Of a stretch of DNA of 64,000 nt, positions 58,931-64,000 are shown in pieces. The position numbers and the translations under genes were made by a program. Source of the stretch: Macrostomum lignano. Its lineage: Eukaryota. The stretch is taken from NCBI GenBank assembly GCA_002269645.1, contig NIVC01000158.1, positions 372,001 through 436,000 on the forward strand, given 5' to 3'. The notes under the pieces are model-generated. The model made no database searches, was not told the origin of the DNA, and saw only the letters and a list, made by a program, of their open reading frames with translations. How positions within the stretch are numbered: position 1 is the first letter of the stretch; every line of letters starts with the position of its first letter.

Positions 58931-59679
58931 CTGTACATTTATATGGCCAGCGGTGTGTCTGAGGACCATTTTTCAACGCAGCCCCGGGGGCAATCTATCA
59001 TCAGCTTGGGAGATTTTCGCAGCAAAGGCGCCGGTTTCGCTATTCATGAGCTCTCGTGTGTCTGCAGTGCCGGTGGTGCGACACCCGATCCTTGATTAGC
59101 TGCTTAAGCCGCTCGCCTCCTTTCCCTTACCCCCGTGTCTAGGATTTGGGACGCTGTTAGCATTGGCAATAAAAATCTTTAGCTGCGCGCGTGTACGAGT
59201 ATACAATTTCTCACAGTTGGAGCTGGTGAAGATGCAAGAATTCTCGCACATTGTACCTATCTGCGCACTTCTGCTCATGGCATCTGGGCATTTTCTCTAA
59301 CTGCTTCGGTAATGAACTTGTTATCAGGGCCAAGAAACTGGCAGATTTCAGATCTCTGCCGCCTGTCTCCGGGGAGCCTGTCTGCTTAGAGATTGAAATC
59401 GAAATTCACATGAGTTCCTTAAATTAGCTGTCTTGCGGGAAATGCAAAGCTGTTAGGATTCTGTGTGTGCAGCATTGCGTGATTCACTGATTGCCAATTA
59501 TCCTGATTTTTCCCTCTTCGATCCGCAAAAAAACGTTGCTTTTAACAATATTCTCCATCGAAGCATGCTGCTGAGCATCGTTGCGAAGCAGTGACGGGGG
59601 CACAAGTGACTCATGATTGCGAAACTGTGAGAAGAAAATGACTCGACATGACTGTTACCATGACTTACAAGTCTCCGAC

Positions 59680-60720
59680 CATGAGTCACCTGTGCCCCTC
59701 ACCGCTCACCAACCATGAGTCACCTGTGCCCATCACCGCTCACCAACCATGAGTCACCTGTGCCCATCACGGCTCACCAACCATGAGTCACCTGTGCCCA
59801 TCACGGCTCACCAACCATGAGTCACCTGTGCCCATCACGGCTCACCAACCATGAGTCACCTGTGCCCGTCACCGCTCACCAACCATGAGTCAACTGTGCC
59901 CCTCACCGCTCACCAACTAAGAGTGACCTGTGCCCCTCACCGCTCACCAACCATGAGTCAACTGTGCCCCTCACCGCTCACCAACTAAGAGTGACCTGTG
60001 CCCATCACCGCTCACCAACCATGAGTCAACTGTGCCCCTCACCGCTCACCAACTAAGAGTGACCTGTGCCCATCACCGCTCACCAACCATGAGTCACCTG
60101 TGCTCAATACCGCTCACCAACCATGAGTCACCTGTGCCCCTCACCGCTCACCAACCATGAGTGACCTGCGCCCCTCACCGCTCACCAACCAGGAGTGACC
60201 TGTGCCCATCACCGCTCACCAACCATGAGTGACCTGTGCCCATCACCGCTCACCAACCATGAGTCACCTGTGCCCCTCACCGCTTACCAACCATGAGTCA
60301 CCTGCGCTCAATACCCCTTACGAACCATGAGTCACCTGTGCCCATCACCGCTCACCAACCATGAGTCACCTGTGCCCCTCACTGCTCACCAACCATGAGT
60401 CACCTGTGCCCCTCACTGCTCACCAACCATGAGTCACCTGTGGCCATCACCGCTCACGAACCATGAGTCACCTGTGCTCAATACCGCTCACCAACCATGA
60501 GTCACCTGTGCTCAATACCGCTCACGAACCATGAGTCACCTGTGCCCCTCACTGCTCACCAACCATGAGTCACCTGTGGCCATCACCGCTCACGAACCAT
60601 GAGTCACCTGTGCTCAATACCGCTCACCAACCATGAGTCACCTGTGCTCAATACCGCTCACCAACCATGAGTCACCTGTGCTCAATACCGCTCACGAACC
60701 ATGAGTCCCCTGTGCCCCTT
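59680..60720. repeat. 34-bp minisatellite ACCAACCATGAGTCACCTGTGCCCATCACCGCTC
   Basis: Tandem array. Confidence 0.95.
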
Positions 60721-61104
60721 TCTGCTCACCAACCAGACGCGAACATGCAAATTCGCAGTGTATTTAGAGAGTCAAATTATGAAAAAACCAAGCCAAAGAC
60801 AGGAACTGAAGATGAAGCGTTTGAATTTTGCCGGATTTTCTGCTATAACAATTATTAAATTTCCAAGGCGAGATTTTCCTGCAATTTCTCAGTTTATCTG
60901 CTATGTGGTGGGAAAAATTGGCGGCATTTTCAATTCCGCTTAGATTAACAGCTGTTTTACTTTCACACCGAAAAAGTTCACGGAATTCCGTACATGTGAT
61001 GCTGACGTCCTATCTGAAATTTTTTGTGATAGCCAGTCATAAATATCCGCTCTGTATAGGAGAAACAAAAATATCTCGAGTTTACGAGTAGAGTCAAAAA
61101 CGAG

Positions 61105-61678
61105 AACAGTCTAGCAATCCAGAACACACAGTCTAGCAATCCAGAACACACAGTCTAGCAATCCATCATGCAGTCTAGCAATCCAGAACACACAGTCTAG
61201 CAATCCATCATACAGTCTAGCAATCCAGCATGCAGTCTAGCAATCCAGCATGCACAGTCTAGCAATCCAGCATGCACAGTCTAGCAATCCAGCATGCACA
61301 GTCTAGCAATCCAGCATGCAGTCTAGCAATCCAGCATGCACAGTCTAGCAATCCAGCATTCAGTCTAGCAATCCAGCATGCAGTCTAGCAATCCAGAACA
61401 CACAGTCTAGCAATCCAGCATGCAGTCTAGCAATCCAGCATGCAGTCTAGCAATCCATCATGCAGTCTAGCAATCCAGCATTCAGTCTAGCAATCCATCA
61501 TACAGTCTAGCAATCCATCATGCAGTCTAGCAATCCAGAACACACAGTCTAGCAATCCAGCATGCAGTCTAGCAATCCAGCATTCAGTCTAGCAATCCAG
61601 CATGCAGTCTAGCAATCCAGCATGCAGTCTAGCAATCCAGCATGCAGTCTAGCAATCCAGCATGCAGTCTAGCAATCC
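61105..61678. repeat. 20-22-bp minisatellite CAGTCTAGCAATCCAGCATG
   Basis: Tandem array. Confidence 0.95.
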
Positions 61679-61691
61679 TCAATCGTAAATA

Positions 61692-61964
61692 TCAGTAGCC
61701 GCACCTTCCATAGTTGCTTCCGAACCTCAGGCTGTTTCTAAAGCCTCTCTTTTCTGCCTGGGCGGCGGCCCTCTGCCTCAGCAGCGACAGCAGCAGGGCC
61801 TCCTCATCATCCGCCCACTGCTGATCGCTCAGTCGGGCAGCGCCTTCGGCTTCGGCCGCCTCCACGGCAGCACCTGAAGCCGAACGGCCTTCAGCGGGGC
61901 TCCACAGGGCGACTGCGAGCACCAGGAGCAGCGGCAGGACGAGCTTCGGGACTGGGCACTTCAT
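61692..61964 (-). CDS. Neuropeptide precursor, main coding exon (signal peptide, acidic spacer, KR-GFRNSLRFGSNY-G-R)
   Basis: Hydrophobic signal MKCPVPKLVLPLLLVLAVALWSPAEG, acidic spacer, KR site, Gly amide donor. GC-rich coding style. Possible donor AG/GTGCGG at 61705/61704. Confidence 0.85.
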   Translation of the reverse strand: MKCPVPKLVLPLLLVLAVALWSPAEGRSASGAAVEAAEAEGAARLSDQQWADDEEALLLSLLRQRAAAQAEKRGFRNSLRFGSNYGRCGY

Positions 61965-62034
61965 CGTTGTGAGCAGCTGTGCTGTGCTGATGATGAGCTG
62001 GCTTGTTATAACTGGCTGAGCTGAGGATGATGGG

Positions 62035-62370
62035 TGAGAGTGAGATGAGTGAGAGTGAAATGAGTGAGACTGAGATGAGTGAGAGTGAAATGAGTGAGTG
62101 TAAGACGAGTGAGAGTGAGACGGGTGAGAGAAAGATAAGTGAGAGAGAAATGAGTGAGTGTGAAATGAGTGAGACTGAGATGAGTGAGAGTGAAATGAGT
62201 GAGACTGAGATGAGTGAGAGTGAAATGAGTGAGTGTAAGACGAGTGAGAGTGAGATGGGTGAGAGAAAGATGAGTGAGAGTGAAATGAGTGAGAGTGAGA
62301 CTGATGAGTGAGATGGGTGAGAGAAAGATGAGTGAGAGTGAAATGAATGAGAGTGGGATAAGTGAGAGTG
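62035..62370. repeat. 15-bp minisatellite GAGTGAGAGTGAAAT in the 5' UTR intron of the neuropeptide gene
   Basis: Lies between donor CAG/GTGAGA (62422/62421) and CAG acceptors near 62010-62025. Confidence 0.9.
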
Positions 62371-62484
62371 AGAATAGAGCACTACAACCGTGAGAGCCAG
62401 GGCAGCTGGCGGGAATCTCACCTGAAGCTGTAGCACGGGAATTCGGTGGAGTTCGAGATCAGAGAGTCTCCAGGCGGCAGGGAT

Positions 62485-62545
62485 CGCTGAGCTGATCAGG
62501 GCTCCCTCAATTTATAGGCGACTTGACCGAGTGGGCGCACCGGCA
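62485..62545 (-). promoter_or_regulatory. Core promoter of the neuropeptide gene
   Basis: TATAAA at 62516-62511, Inr-like TCAG about 28 bp downstream, followed by a non-coding exon ending at donor 62422. Confidence 0.6.
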
Positions 62546-63269
62546 GCCAATGGGTAGCCGGCTGCACCGCCCTGCTCTGCAAGGCATCGTGTGCGGGACA
62601 TTTGGCACACAATTTGATAATTAGAAAGTCAAACAGCTAGCGGTGGCTTCTCAAATATTGATTGTTAGCCAAGCCATCGCCTAATTTTCCTCGAGCACTC
62701 TCGGTCGTTGAATTCGAATCTAATTTTCGCTATAGCGATGCAATGATTGAATCAGATTTTTGTCACCGTTTTTGCTCCGGCGTTGGAATAAAGGCGGACT
62801 GGCTAACAGAATGAGGATGAAATGTTTCGGTGGAAAATGACAAATGCTGGAGGAGATTTAAGATTGACAAGCTGTTGAAACCAGGGGATTTTGAACCCGG
62901 GGAATTCCAATCCCCGGAACTATTTTTGCATATATTCTGAAATCTGAGGCCATACACAAACAAAAACTTGTTAATAGTTAGTAGGATAGAGGTAAGCATA
63001 AAATGGAGCACATTCGTGTAAAATTCAGATTTGAGGCAAACATTTGATATTGTTGGCTGGGGTGGTGTGCAGAATGTCAGGCAATGTCTGCCTGACTCTA
63101 AAACATGCATTGGCGAACTCTGGCCTCTGCCTCTGACTCTTCCTACGTCCCTTGGATCCTTTGAAACTCCTATCTTCTCTTCTGCTTCCTCTCTTCTCTC
63201 TCTCCTCTTATCTCTTCTCTTTTTTCCTCTCTCCTCTCTCCTCTCTCCCCTCTTATCTCAGAGTGAAAG

Positions 63270-63700
63270 TAGAGAGAGTAAAAATAGAGAGTGTGAAAGT
63301 ACAGAGTTAAAGTACAGAGGGAAAGTACAGAGTGAAAGTAGAGAGTGAAAGTAGAGAGAGTGAATGTACAGAGTGAAAGTACAGAGTGAAAGTACAGAGT
63401 GAAAGTACAGAGTGAAAGTACAGAGTGAAAGTACAGAGTGAAAGTACAGAGTGAAAGTACAGAGTGAAAGTACAGAGTGAAAGTACAGAGTGAAAGTACA
63501 GAGTGAAAGTAAAGAGTGAAAGTAAAGAGTGAAAGTACAGAGTGAAAGTACAGAGTGAAAGTACAGAGAGTGAAAGTACAGAGTGAAAGTACAGAGTGAA
63601 AGTACAGAGTGAAAGTAGAGAGAGTGAAAGTAGAGAGAGTGAAAGTAGAGAGAGTGAAAGTAGAGAGAGTGAAAGTAGGGAGAGTGAAAATAGGAAGAGT
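63270..63700. repeat. 13-bp minisatellite GAGTGAAAGTACA
   Basis: Tandem array. Confidence 0.93.
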
Positions 63701-64000
63701 GAAAGAGCGATAATTTAAGGAAAACAGTGAAAATGTTGTGTGGGTGGAGAGAGTATAAAGAGAGAAAACAATCAGTGTAAATATGGAAACTCTCTGAAAT
63801 TGCGGAACAAAGAGCTTTCAGTGCCAGCATTGAGTTGCTTTCATTTTTGCGACTCAATGGATTTGGTATTGCCAGCAGAAAAAAAAATACTAAAATAAAT
63901 TGTCTTCAGTGTGCCAGTTTCAGATTTCGCAGGCACTCAGCTGCAGTTTTCTATCTTACAATGGAAGATGCAGGATTCTTGCACGCTTTGATGAGCTCTT

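Noticed and set aside
51480-60720. 34-42-bp repeat arrays of CRISPR-like length
   Set aside because: The units are head to tail with no unique spacers, there are no cas genes, and the context is eukaryotic.
11083-61964. Functional cluster of peptide precursor, peptide-type GPCR and PHM-related monooxygenase
   Set aside because: The genes are tens of kb apart, separated by unrelated genes and on different strands. Animal ligands and receptors are rarely linked, and nothing in the sequence ties them together.
608-63857. Many long ORFs with periodic sequences (e.g. 8095-9047, 26522-27208, 43229-45027, 46157-47099, 57528-58861)
   Set aside because: They are translations of stop-free tandem repeats, open in several frames and mostly inside introns. 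There is no sign of real coding.

Overview
Eukaryotic (animal) genomic DNA, not prokaryotic: GT-AG introns, GC-rich exons, and introns packed with unrelated minisatellites. The style suggests a lophotrochozoan, possibly a free-living flatworm such as Macrostomum (inference only). Host genes: the 3' part of an SLC5 sodium:solute symporter (+, 1656-9334); two tandem temptin-domain/copper type II monooxygenase genes (+; 11083-14049 intact, 19234-23511 with one nonsense codon); a divergent class A GPCR (+, 25233-29408); a SIPA1L RapGAP-PDZ gene (+, about 39347-53884); and a neuropeptide precursor (-, 61964 leftwards) that may splice to encode two amidated peptides. Mobile DNA: an apparently intact piggyBac, a young 1.2-kb non-coding LTR element (TRIM-like), a Crypton relic, an RTE-type LINE relic, a dead hAT transposase with nested insertions, several MITEs and two tRNA-derived SINE families. 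The most unusual signals are the two-peptide precursor, a 1.85-kb CpG-free stretch inside an AT-rich domain with a C-to-T mutated SINE copy, the stop codon that could turn the second monooxygenase into a secreted temptin-like peptide, and a minisatellite seeded by a SINE 5' end. All coordinates and alignments were made by eye.
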